Shown here piece by piece: positions 1 through 8,534 of a stretch of 55,658 nucleotides of DNA (within the stretch, counting starts at the first letter, position 1; the number at the start of each line of letters is the position of its first letter). This stretch comes from an uncultured Planctomycetaceae bacterium (lineage in GTDB: Bacteria > Planctomycetota > Phycisphaerae > SM23-33). The DNA is taken from assembly GCA_964480425.1 (NCBI GenBank), contig CAYZPY010000003.1, positions 1 to 55,658 of the forward strand, in the 5' to 3' direction. Both the position numbers and the translations under genes were made by a program. The notes under the pieces were generated by a model. That model had not been told where the DNA came from, did no database searches, and saw nothing but the letters and a program-made list of their open reading frames with translations.

Positions 1-377
1 CATTAGAATAATCGTGTTATCGAAAATTCGAAATCAAACGTTGGGACACTCGTGACTCCGCCGTTTACACAGAAATGCACAAATGAGCGTCCCTGCCTGT
101 TTAATGCAGGTAAGCAGGTATCCTCCCATGGCGGTTTCTCCTTGTAAATTCCTTCCCGAGCATCGTCCGCCCGCCGAGGTCGAGCACGCCCCGGCAGGCC
201 CTTCCGCCCTGTGAGCCCGCACCTAAGGGGTGGACAGACCAGCGGCAGGTTTGATAAGAGCTATAATATGGGCGATTAACACAGACGTTCTATTTTGTCC
301 AGAAAAATTAAATCCGCCTGAAATCCTTGTCCCTTAGGGACTGTAAAGACAGATGGCGGGCGGACAGGAGACTGGAA

Positions 378-1022
378 ATGAATAAAGCGGCCAAAGAATC
401 GTCACAAGAGGCGCCCGCCGAAAAATCTACGAGCGGGCTGAAGCGTTTGTACCTGCTGGTTCAGTGGATATTGAACCTTGTGGTTCTGGCGGCGCTGGCG
501 TACGTTCTGTCGCCCCTGGGGCAGTGGGTCACAGGGAAATTGACCGTCTGCGACGAACTTGACCGGGCGAATTACATCGTGGTTCTGGGGGGAGATCACG
601 AACGTGCGGTCGAGGCGGCCAACCTGTACCGCAGCGGATGGGCGCCGAAGGTGATAATATCCTCAACAGAGACGGACTGTGACGACCTGGCCGGCATCGC
701 CGCCGACTACGGCGTCGCAAGCGATGATATTATGCTCGACCCTGAACCCACCAGGACGCGCCACCATCCGGGGACCGTCGCCGAACTGGACGGCGTTGAC
801 CCAAAAGAGCATAAGTTCATCGTGGTGACATCGCGCCTACACACCGCCCGTGCCCGGGCCTGCTTCCGTTCGGGCGGTTACAAGCACCTTATAATACGAT
901 ATCCCATGTGGGAGGCAAAATACCCCGAAGATCCGGGTCTGTGGAAAAACGCGTCACAACTGCCGTACGCCGTTTACGAGACCATGGCATGGGGCATGTA
1001 CAGGATCAGGGGGTGGATTTAG
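378..1022 (+). CDS. DUF218 (YdcF/ElyC/SanA-like) membrane-anchored protein
   Basis: ORF 327..1022. N-terminal hydrophobic helix (LYLLVQWILNLVVLAALAYVL), followed by YIVVLGGDHERAVEAANLYRSGWAPKVIISS and FIVVTSRLHTARA, typical of DUF218. The ATG at 378 is preceded by AGGAG and is preferred over the TTG at 327. Confidence 0.7.
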   Translation: MNKAAKESSQEAPAEKSTSGLKRLYLLVQWILNLVVLAALAYVLSPLGQWVTGKLTVCDELDRANYIVVLGGDHERAVEAANLYRSGWAPKVIISSTETDCDDLAGIAADYGVASDDIMLDPEPTRTRHHPGTVAELDGVDPKEHKFIVVTSRLHTARARACFRSGGYKHLIIRYPMWEAKYPEDPGLWKNASQLPYAVYETMAWGMYRIRGWI

Positions 1023-1051
1023 CGTTCGTTGATTATCTACAAATCAACGAA

Positions 1052-1846
1052 TTAACGAAGCCGGAGGATTTTCTCGGATCCGCAGACGATGAAGCCGTTG
1101 TGCTTGAGGATGCCCCTGGGATGGTAGTCCAGTGGTCGACCACGGAGGTCCACGATGCGGCAGCCGGCCTGGTTTGCGATTGCGAATCCGGCGGCGGTGT
1201 CCCAGTACCAGGTGGGCCCGTGGCGGGGATATACGTCTGCCTTGCCCTCTGCAACTGCGCATATTTTCAGCGAGCTTCCGGCCGGAATTGTCTCGGACAC
1301 GTCGATCTTTTCCAGAAAATCACGCGTGGCGTCGGACAGGTGCGACCTGCTGACCATGGCCTTTAGTGAAACAGGCGTCTGGCCTGTCGAACGAAAGAGG
1401 CGTTTTGGTTGTTCCGACTTTTGGGCCTTCCATGCGCCCAGGCCATCGGCGGCCCAGTAGCACACGTCAGCGGCGGGGATTAGTATAACGCCCAGGACAG
1501 GCCTGCCGTTTTCGACCAGGGCAATGTTGACGGTGTACTCGGGAAGTTTTTTGACGAATTCCTTTGTCCCGTCCAGCGGGTCAACGCACCAGTAGGTCTG
1601 GAATTCTTCGACATCGAGGTTATCGAGGTCTCCTTCCTCCGAGATTACGGCCCAGGATGGTCGAAGCGAATCCAGTCCTTCTTTGATGGTCCTATGCGAG
1701 GCAATATCGGCCGCCGTCAGGGGCGAGCCGTCGGCCTTGTCCTCGACGTTCACCCGTCCGGCGGCGATTTTCTGTATTTCATCTCCGGCTTCGGCGGCGA
1801 TACGACAGACCTGCGGAAGGATTTTCTGTAAAATTTTGGTGTCCAT
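1052..1846 (-). CDS. cysQ: 3'(2'),5'-bisphosphate nucleotidase (PAP phosphatase), inositol monophosphatase family
   Basis: 264 aa. Motifs SEEGD, WCVDPLDGTKEF, GSSLKICAVAEGKADVYPR and WDTAAG match CysQ-type IMPase-fold enzymes. Confidence 0.85.
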   Translation of the reverse strand: MDTKILQKILPQVCRIAAEAGDEIQKIAAGRVNVEDKADGSPLTAADIASHRTIKEGLDSLRPSWAVISEEGDLDNLDVEEFQTYWCVDPLDGTKEFVKKLPEYTVNIALVENGRPVLGVILIPAADVCYWAADGLGAWKAQKSEQPKRLFRSTGQTPVSLKAMVSRSHLSDATRDFLEKIDVSETIPAGSSLKICAVAEGKADVYPRHGPTWYWDTAAGFAIANQAGCRIVDLRGRPLDYHPRGILKHNGFIVCGSEKILRLR

Positions 1847-1883
1847 TATTATTTGTCGATTCGTTGACTGGTTGACTCGTTAA

Positions 1884-2981
1884 TTAATCGACAATTTTCT
1901 CCAGCATGATTTTTGCTATTCGTTCGGCCGCACGCCCGTCCCACAACGGGGGGGTATCGGGTTCGTCCGACAGCCCGTCCTTGATGCGTTCGTAGGCCTC
2001 GATAATCCTGGCAGGGTCGGTCCCGGTGACCTGGTTGCATCCCACCTCCACCGTTACGGGCCTCTCGGTGTTCTGTCGCAGCGTCAGGCAGGGAACCTTC
2101 AGGATGGTGGTTTCTTCCTGTATGCCGCCCGAATCGGTCAGGACGAGTCTGGCCTCAGACATCAGTTTGAGAAAATCGAGGTATCCCATCGGCTCGACCA
2201 GTCGCAGCGCCTCGATTCGCCCCACACGCTTCTGGAGGCCCATCCGTTCGATGTTCTTGCGGGTGCGGGGGTGGATGGGAAAAATTATTTCCATGTCGTT
2301 TGAGATTTTCTCAAGGGCGTCCAGCAGACGGGCGAAAACTTCCGGGTTGTCGACGTTGGAAGGCCTGTGCAGGGTAAGGGCTGCGTATCGGCCCGGTTCG
2401 ATTTGCAGGTCCCGCAGCACCGTAGATTTTTCCGCCTTGGTCTGGTTCCGCAGGAGCGTGTCGATCATCACGTTGCCCACGAAGTGGATCCTGCCGGAGG
2501 GAATTCCCTCTTTGGCGAGATTGTCCACACCGCTCTTTTCGGTGCAGAAAAGCAGATCGCTTATGGCGTCGGTCAGCAGGCGGTTGATCTCTTCGGGCAT
2601 GTCCCTGTCGAAGCTCCGCAGGCCCGCCTCGACGTGCACCAGTTTGACGCTCATCTTGACGGCCACCAGACCGCACGCAATCGTGCTGTTGACGTCTCCG
2701 ACGACCAGGACCACGTCGGGTTTTTCCCTGGCCACCACCGGCTCGAACGCCTTCATAATCTCCGCCGTCTGAACGGCGTGACTGGCGGAACCCACACCCA
2801 GGTTGATGTCCGGTTCGGGTATCTCCAGCTGAGTGAAAAACAACTCGCTCATCTGCTGGTCGTAGTGCTGTCCCGTATGGACAAGGAGCGGCTCGATTTG
2901 GTTGTGCGCCTTGTAGGCCTCCATCAGCGGTGCTATCTTCATGAAATTCGGTCGGGCGCCGGCTACGTTTATTAATTTCAT
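1884..2981 (-). CDS. wecB: UDP-N-acetylglucosamine 2-epimerase (non-hydrolysing)
   Basis: 365 aa. N-terminus MKLINVAGARPNFMKIAPL, HTGQHYD, and C-terminal LTDSGGIQEE, characteristic of WecB/MnaA. Confidence 0.9.
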   Translation of the reverse strand: MKLINVAGARPNFMKIAPLMEAYKAHNQIEPLLVHTGQHYDQQMSELFFTQLEIPEPDINLGVGSASHAVQTAEIMKAFEPVVAREKPDVVLVVGDVNSTIACGLVAVKMSVKLVHVEAGLRSFDRDMPEEINRLLTDAISDLLFCTEKSGVDNLAKEGIPSGRIHFVGNVMIDTLLRNQTKAEKSTVLRDLQIEPGRYAALTLHRPSNVDNPEVFARLLDALEKISNDMEIIFPIHPRTRKNIERMGLQKRVGRIEALRLVEPMGYLDFLKLMSEARLVLTDSGGIQEETTILKVPCLTLRQNTERPVTVEVGCNQVTGTDPARIIEAYERIKDGLSDEPDTPPLWDGRAAERIAKIMLEKIVD

Positions 2982-3037
2982 CTCTATTCCTGTTTAATCG
3001 ACAAACCGGTTAACGAATCAACCAACTGATTCACTAT

Positions 3038-4753
3038 CTAAACAACGTATCCTTCCTTTTCCAGGTGCAGGAGAATCTGCTGGACGCATTCTTCCGGCGC
3101 CATATCGGTCGTGTCGAATGCCATGTCGGCGTCTTTGGGCTCTTCGTATGGATCAGACACTCCGGTGAACTCCTTTATTATCCCCGCCCGGGCCTTGGCG
3201 AACAGGCCCTTGCGATCGCGTTGCTCACAAACCTCGATCGGCGTGGATACGTGCACCAGTATGAATCCGCCCTTTGGCTGAATCATATCGCGTACCTCTT
3301 TTCTTATGCTGTCGTACGGCGCGATTGGTGCGCAAAGCGCAATGCCGCCGTTCTTGGTAATTTCCGAGGCCACCCATCCGATCCGTCGTATATTGATGTC
3401 CCGATGCTCCTTTGAGAAGCCCAGTTCCGAGGACAGGTGCCTGCGGACAAGGTCGCCGTCCAGAAGCGTCAGCGGGCGCCCTCCTATCTCCAGCAGTTTT
3501 ACCATGAGCACGTTGGCAAGGGTGGACTTTCCCGAGCTCGGCAGCCCGGTGAACAGCACCGTAAAGCCCTGCCTGCTGCGGGGCGGGTAAGTGCGGCGAA
3601 GTTCTTCTATGACCTCGGGGAAGGAGAACCAATGGGGTATATCGCGTCCGTCGGCCAGGCGCGCGCGAAGCTCGGTGCCCGAAAGCGACTTCGCCTCGGC
3701 GCCCTTGGGAACCTCGTCGGCGGGAATGTATTTGTCCTGGTCCTGGAGGTAAACCATCATCTTGAAAGGCACCATCTTTATGCCCAACTCGTCCTGGTGT
3801 TTTTTCAGCAGTTCCTGCGCGTCGTACGGACCGTAGAACGGCTTCCCGCCGGAGTCCTTGCCGGGACCGGCGTGGTCCCTTCCGACGATGAGATGCGTGC
3901 AGCCGTAGTTCTTCCTTATGATGGCGTGCCACACTGCCTCTCTCGGCCCGCCCATCCTCATCGCCAGCGGAAGCAGGCTCAACGCCACGGTGTTGCGCGG
4001 GTAGTGCTTCAGTATGGCCTGATAACAGCGGACGCGGGTGTAGTGGTCCACGTCGCCGGGCTTGGTCATACCCACCACCGGGTGGATCAGCAGGTTTGCC
4101 TCCAGTTCGCTGGCCGCTCGGAAGGTCAACTCCTGGTGCGCACGGTGCATTGGATTGCGAGTCTGGAACGCCACCACCTGCCTCCACCCGAGCTGTCCGA
4201 ACCGCTTCCGAAGCTGTTGGGGCGTCAGTCGGAACTCCGTATAATCGTAATGGCGCGGCGTCTCTACGGCCTGGACGGTGCCGCCGACGTAATACGGGTT
4301 TGTGTTGTTCATCAGGTATGCCACGCCGGGATGTTCGGTGTTTGTCGTGCCGAAGACCTTCTCGGCCTCGGCCTGAAGGTCCGGCTGCCAGATGTCCTCG
4401 ACGTTCAGAACCGCCAGCATAACTCCCTCGAAGTCGCGCAGGGCGAGTTTGTCACCGGTGTTGAGACTCCCGGCCAATTCCTCGCTGACGTCCAGCGTAA
4501 TCGGCAGCGGCCAAATCTCGCCTGACGGAAGGCGCATTTCGTCCCGCACGCCCTGGTATTGCTCGCGAGTTAAGAATCCCCGCTGGGGCGAGAATCCGCC
4601 TATGGTCAGCAGCTCCAGGTCGCATATCTGTCGCGGCGTCAGGTTCCAAGAGGGCCAGTCCTTCGAGAGCTTCTTAAGCTCGGCGGCTTCCTCATCGTCG
4701 ACCAGCAGGTTTACCAGTTCTCCGCCATGGGGGTCTATCAACTTATGTGCCAT
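3038..4753 (-). CDS. sat/cysC: Bifunctional sulfate adenylyltransferase (ATP sulfurylase) / adenylylsulfate kinase
   Basis: 571 aa. ATP sulfurylase motifs QTRNPMHRAH and VGRDHAG lie in the N-terminal two thirds. The C-terminal APS kinase carries the P-loop GLPSSGKSTLA and the motif LDGDLVRRHL. Confidence 0.9.
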   Translation of the reverse strand: MAHKLIDPHGGELVNLLVDDEEAAELKKLSKDWPSWNLTPRQICDLELLTIGGFSPQRGFLTREQYQGVRDEMRLPSGEIWPLPITLDVSEELAGSLNTGDKLALRDFEGVMLAVLNVEDIWQPDLQAEAEKVFGTTNTEHPGVAYLMNNTNPYYVGGTVQAVETPRHYDYTEFRLTPQQLRKRFGQLGWRQVVAFQTRNPMHRAHQELTFRAASELEANLLIHPVVGMTKPGDVDHYTRVRCYQAILKHYPRNTVALSLLPLAMRMGGPREAVWHAIIRKNYGCTHLIVGRDHAGPGKDSGGKPFYGPYDAQELLKKHQDELGIKMVPFKMMVYLQDQDKYIPADEVPKGAEAKSLSGTELRARLADGRDIPHWFSFPEVIEELRRTYPPRSRQGFTVLFTGLPSSGKSTLANVLMVKLLEIGGRPLTLLDGDLVRRHLSSELGFSKEHRDINIRRIGWVASEITKNGGIALCAPIAPYDSIRKEVRDMIQPKGGFILVHVSTPIEVCEQRDRKGLFAKARAGIIKEFTGVSDPYEEPKDADMAFDTTDMAPEECVQQILLHLEKEGYVV

Positions 4754-4861
4754 TGAATTATTCTCCTGTTTTGCATAACCCGCACGTCATTGGTCTTCAT
4801 AAGACGGCAGTCGCGCCGGAAATATATGTTCCATCGGAGGTGAATGTCCAGTTTATTAATC

Positions 4862-4889
4862 GCGGTCTCAACTCTGAGACGCAACACGA
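4862..4889. repeat. Terminal inverted repeat (one end) of the IS30-derived element
   Basis: The reverse complement of gcggtctcaactctgagacgcaacacga matches 5326..5353 with a single g/a mismatch. Confidence 0.85.
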
Positions 4890-4895
4890 ACGGAA

Positions 4896-5251
4896 TCATT
4901 CCCGCATCACTTCACCCGGTGCCTGGTAGCCAAGACATCGTCGCGGCCGCGTATTGAGCAAGTGCTCAACGTAATAAATATACTGATGCGTGGCGCCACG
5001 TATATCGAAGCCTTCCGGGAAAAACTGCCGAAGCAATCCGTTGGTGTTCTCATTCAATTCACGCTCCCACGAATGATACGGATGCGCAAAGTAAACTTCC
5101 AGTCCCAACTGACGCTGTTGCGGTTCAGTTCTCGACTGATTGTCGAACGGTGGCAACCGATACGATTGGCCACCTCGGTTTGGGAGTTGCCGGCGGCGAT
5201 TAATTGTGCAATGATTTCTCTGTCGTCTATGGTAAGATGATGTCCGTGCAT
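4896..5251 (-). pseudogene. IS30-family transposase remnant (HTH N-terminus and C-terminal tail in different frames; catalytic DDE core missing)
   Basis: ORF 5054..5251 encodes MHGHHLTIDDREIIAQLIAAGNSQTEVANRIGCHRSTISRELNRNS (IS30 HTH). ORF 4896..5291 ends with FAHPYHSWERELNENTNGLLRQFFPEG...LNTRPRRCLGYQAPGEV (IS30 C-terminus). Together they total far less than a full-length IS30 transposase. Confidence 0.75.
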
Positions 5252-5325
5252 CGCAAGACTCCTGGCTGGTGGTTGTTGCTTCTAACACCAACCTACCATG
5301 CCGGTCTTGCGATGCTATTAATTAC

Positions 5326-5353
5326 TCGTGTTGCATCTCAGAGTTGAGACCGC
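5326..5353. repeat. Terminal inverted repeat (other end) of the IS30-derived element
   Basis: tcgtgttgcatctcagagttgagaccgc, the partner of 4862..4889. Confidence 0.85.
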
Positions 5354-5503
5354 AAATGAATTAGTTGATTATTGTTTGATTGACTGGTTAATTAGTTGAC
5401 TCGTTGATTAGCGGGTTAGTCGAGAATTCCAATGTCGCTGTTTATACCGAATCAACTAATGAGCGACTTAACGACTCAATTAATCAAACAAGGATAAGGA
5501 AGC

Positions 5504-6820
5504 ATGGTTGAAAAATTGGTAAAGCGTTTCAATGATAAATCAGCCGTCGTCGGCGTAGTGGGGCTCGGCTACGTTGGCCTGCCTCTTGTGAGGCAGTTCG
5601 CCCGAGCGGGACTGAAGGTGATGGGCTTTGACGTGGATGATGAAAAGATCAAGGCCCTGGAGGCAGGGCGAAGTTACATCGAGCACATCTCCAACAAGAG
5701 CATTGCCGAGACGGTGAACTCCGGCAGGTTCACGCCCACCATGGATTTTGACCGACTCGGCGAGCCGGACTGCATACTCATCTGCGTGCCCACGCCGCTG
5801 ACAAAAATGCGCGAGCCGGACATGACCTACGTCGAGTCAACCGTGGAAGAAATTTCCGGTCGACTACGCAAGGGTCAACTGATAATCCTGGAGTCCACCA
5901 CGTATCCGGGAACCAGCAGGGAGGTGATGCTGCCAATACTTCAGCGATCGGGTCTGAAGGTGGGCGAGGACTTCTACCTGGCGTATTCACCCGAGCGGGA
6001 GGACCCCGGCAGAAAGGATTACGACACCCACACCATCCCCAAGGTGGTAGGCGGATACGACCGGAATTCTCTCAAGGCAGCGGTGGCGTGCTACGAGACG
6101 GCAATTAAAACCATCGTGCCGGTCAGCAGTTGCGAGGCCGCCGAGGCATGTAAGATACTGGAAAACACGTACCGCTGCGTAAACATAGCACTGGTCAACG
6201 AATTGAAGACGCTTTTCGACAGAATGGGCATCGACGTGTGGGAAGTGATAAAAGCCGCCGCAACAAAGCCCTTCGGCTTCACCCCGTTCTATCCCGGTCC
6301 GGGCCTGGGGGGGCACTGCATACCCATCGACCCGTTTTACCTTTCATGGAAGGCAAGGGAATATTCCCTTGCAACGCGGTTCATAGAACTGGCTGGGGAG
6401 GTCAATATATCCATGCCCCGATACGTGGTCTCCAGACTGATGGACGCCATGAACGACAGGGGCAAGGCCCTGAAGGGCTCCAAAATCCTCGTGCTGGGCC
6501 TGGCGTACAAGAAGGACATAGACGACGTCCGCGAGAGCCCGTCGCTGGAGCTGATAGAATTGCTGCGCCACCGCGGCGCTAAGGTGGATTACAACGACCC
6601 GCACGTGCCCCGGACGCACAAGATGCGTCAGCACGACCTGAAGATGACGTCGGTGAAGCTCACGGCCTCCAAGCTCGCCTCGTACGATGCCGTGCTCATC
6701 AGCACCGATCACAGCGACTACGACTGGCGGTTCATTGTGGATAACGCCAAACTCGTGGTGGACACCCGCAACGCCACAAAGAATGTTCGACGCGGAAAGA
6801 AAAAAATAGTAAGGGCGTGA
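5504..6820 (+). CDS. Nucleotide-sugar dehydrogenase, UDP-GlcNAc/UDP-ManNAc 6-dehydrogenase type (TviB/WbpA/WecC-like)
   Basis: 438 aa. Rossmann motif GLGYVGLPL and catalytic-region motif GLGGHCIPIDP, typical of the TviB/WecC branch rather than Ugd. RBS AAGGA lies upstream. Confidence 0.8.
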   Translation: MVEKLVKRFNDKSAVVGVVGLGYVGLPLVRQFARAGLKVMGFDVDDEKIKALEAGRSYIEHISNKSIAETVNSGRFTPTMDFDRLGEPDCILICVPTPLTKMREPDMTYVESTVEEISGRLRKGQLIILESTTYPGTSREVMLPILQRSGLKVGEDFYLAYSPEREDPGRKDYDTHTIPKVVGGYDRNSLKAAVACYETAIKTIVPVSSCEAAEACKILENTYRCVNIALVNELKTLFDRMGIDVWEVIKAAATKPFGFTPFYPGPGLGGHCIPIDPFYLSWKAREYSLATRFIELAGEVNISMPRYVVSRLMDAMNDRGKALKGSKILVLGLAYKKDIDDVRESPSLELIELLRHRGAKVDYNDPHVPRTHKMRQHDLKMTSVKLTASKLASYDAVLISTDHSDYDWRFIVDNAKLVVDTRNATKNVRRGKKKIVRA

Positions 6821-6883
6821 ACGGGTCGTAATATACGGTTATCCCGACAGCGAGGCGCCTGTCGTACATTAAGAGGACGGCTA

Positions 6884-8173
6884 ATGAAGATATTGCTTAT
6901 AGGCGGCGGGGGTCGTGAACATGCCCTGGCGTGGAAAATGTCCGCCTCGCCGATGTGCGATAAGATGTGGGCCGCTCCGGGCAACCCCGGCATCGCCCAA
7001 CATGCCGAGTGTGTGGACATAAACGCCGGCGACGTCGAGGCACTGGTAAAATTCGCCAGGGAAAAATCCGCGGACCTGGTCGTCGTCGGTCCGGAGGACC
7101 CTCTGGCGGCGGGATTAGGCGACGCGGTTCGCAAGGCGGGGATACTGTGCTTCGGGCCCGTTGCCGCCGGTGCGCGTATCGAGTCCGACAAGGCCTACGC
7201 CAAAAAGCTTATGCACGCCTCGGCCATCCCGACCGCCGAGGCGAGAATATTCACCGATTACAACGACGCCCGACAGTACGTTCTGTCCAGAGACGCCGGG
7301 GTGGTGATAAAGGCGGCCGGTTTGGCAAAGGGCAAAGGCGTATTTGTCTGCCCGGAGCCCTACCAGGCGAACAAGCCCCTGGAAGACATAATGGTCAATA
7401 AGACTTTCGGTGGGGCGGGCGACACCGTCGTCATCGAGGAGATGCTTACCGGCCTGGAGGCCACCGTCATGGCGTTCTGCGACGGAAAGAACATTTACCC
7501 CACCGAGCCGCTTCAGGACCACAAGCCCATAGGCGACGGCGACAGGGGCGCCAACACCGGCGGGATGGGGGCCTACAGCCCGGTTCCGGCGATTGACGCG
7601 GACATGATGCATAAAATAGAAAACGAGATACTCGTGCCTGTCGTGGACGCAATGAGGCGCGACTTCGGAAGGTACGAGGGAATCCTGTACGTGGGGCTTA
7701 TGCTCACGCCCGCCGGACCGAAGGTGCTGGAGTTCAACTGCCGCTTCGGCGACCCGGAATGCCAGCCGCTGGTGATGAGGATGAAGGGCGACCTGCTGGA
7801 GGTCATGCTGGCCGTGGCGCAGAGGAAACTCGGCGATCTGGACTCCTCGTCCCTGGCGTGGGACCCGCGAGCGGCGGTGTGTGTGGTGATGGCGTCGGGC
7901 GGGTACCCCGGCTCGTATGAAAAAGGGCATCGGATAACCGGCATCGACCAGGCCGAGGAACTCTCCGACGTGAAGGTATTCCACGCCGGAACGGCATTAA
8001 AGGAGGAGCGGCTCGTAAATAACGGGGGACGGGTGCTCGGCGTCACGGCCCTGGGAGACACCATCGCCGAAGCGCAAAAACACGCCTACCGCGCCGTGGG
8101 AAAAATAAACTGGAAAGACTGCTACTACCGAACCGACATCGCCACAAAAGCGATTGCCGAGCAGGCAAACTGA
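6884..8173 (+). CDS. purD: Phosphoribosylamine--glycine ligase
   Basis: 429 aa. MKILLIGGGGREHALAWKM N-terminus and an ATP-grasp core (NCRFGDPE). Confidence 0.92.
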   Translation: MKILLIGGGGREHALAWKMSASPMCDKMWAAPGNPGIAQHAECVDINAGDVEALVKFAREKSADLVVVGPEDPLAAGLGDAVRKAGILCFGPVAAGARIESDKAYAKKLMHASAIPTAEARIFTDYNDARQYVLSRDAGVVIKAAGLAKGKGVFVCPEPYQANKPLEDIMVNKTFGGAGDTVVIEEMLTGLEATVMAFCDGKNIYPTEPLQDHKPIGDGDRGANTGGMGAYSPVPAIDADMMHKIENEILVPVVDAMRRDFGRYEGILYVGLMLTPAGPKVLEFNCRFGDPECQPLVMRMKGDLLEVMLAVAQRKLGDLDSSSLAWDPRAAVCVVMASGGYPGSYEKGHRITGIDQAEELSDVKVFHAGTALKEERLVNNGGRVLGVTALGDTIAEAQKHAYRAVGKINWKDCYYRTDIATKAIAEQAN

Positions 8174-8177
8174 ATCC

Positions 8178-8516
8178 TCAGACTTCCACCGCCAGGTCGA
8201 TTGGCTCCCAAAACCGCACCGCTACGCCCGTGGCGGAGTCGTCGTTCATCGGCTGGCGGCGGACCACCCGCCCCGAAGAGACCACTTCTTCGAGCATGTA
8301 AGTGTTGGGCGTGCTTCGGGGCAGCGAGAATTTTACTTCGACGTCCCGACCGTGCTGCGGCGCCTCGCCGGCGGGGACAATCAAAAGCACCCCGCCGTCG
8401 GAGACGTTCAGGGTTTTTCCGTCGGCGATCAAGTCTCCCTGCGATACGTGCACAGAGACAGGGCGGTCCATCTCGTATCGCTTGTGTTGTCTTCGCTCCA
8501 CGCGCGGGGCGTTCAT
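8178..8516 (-). CDS. Stand-alone PilZ domain protein (putative c-di-GMP receptor)
   Basis: RRQHKR (RxxxR) followed by NVSDGG (D/NxSxxG), about 110 aa in total. The ATG at 8516 with GAGAGG upstream is preferred to the TTG at 8534. The gene lies immediately downstream of pyrC on the same strand. Confidence 0.75.
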   Translation of the reverse strand: MNAPRVERRQHKRYEMDRPVSVHVSQGDLIADGKTLNVSDGGVLLIVPAGEAPQHGRDVEVKFSLPRSTPNTYMLEEVVSSGRVVRRQPMNDDSATGVAVRFWEPIDLAVEV

Positions 8517-8534
8517 GTACGTGCCCTCTCGCAA

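Larger units (their letters stand above)
4862..5353 (-). mobile_element. Internally deleted (miniature, non-autonomous) IS30-family insertion sequence
   Basis: 28-bp terminal inverted repeats at 4862..4889 and 5326..5353 (27/28 complementary). They bracket fragments of an IS30-type transposase: the N-terminal HTH and the extreme C-terminus only. Confidence 0.75.

Noticed and set aside
34-222. A 62-aa minus-strand ORF, and the possibility that the GC-rich first 320 nt encode a structured RNA (SRP RNA, RNase P, a riboswitch).
   Set aside because: The translation has no recognisable features. I could not match the sequence to conserved cores I know (SRP domain IV, the RNase P GGAAAGUCCGG/ACAGAA boxes, B12/TPP/SAM riboswitch boxes). 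A TATAAT at 262..267 has no properly spaced -35. An Infernal/Rfam scan would be needed.
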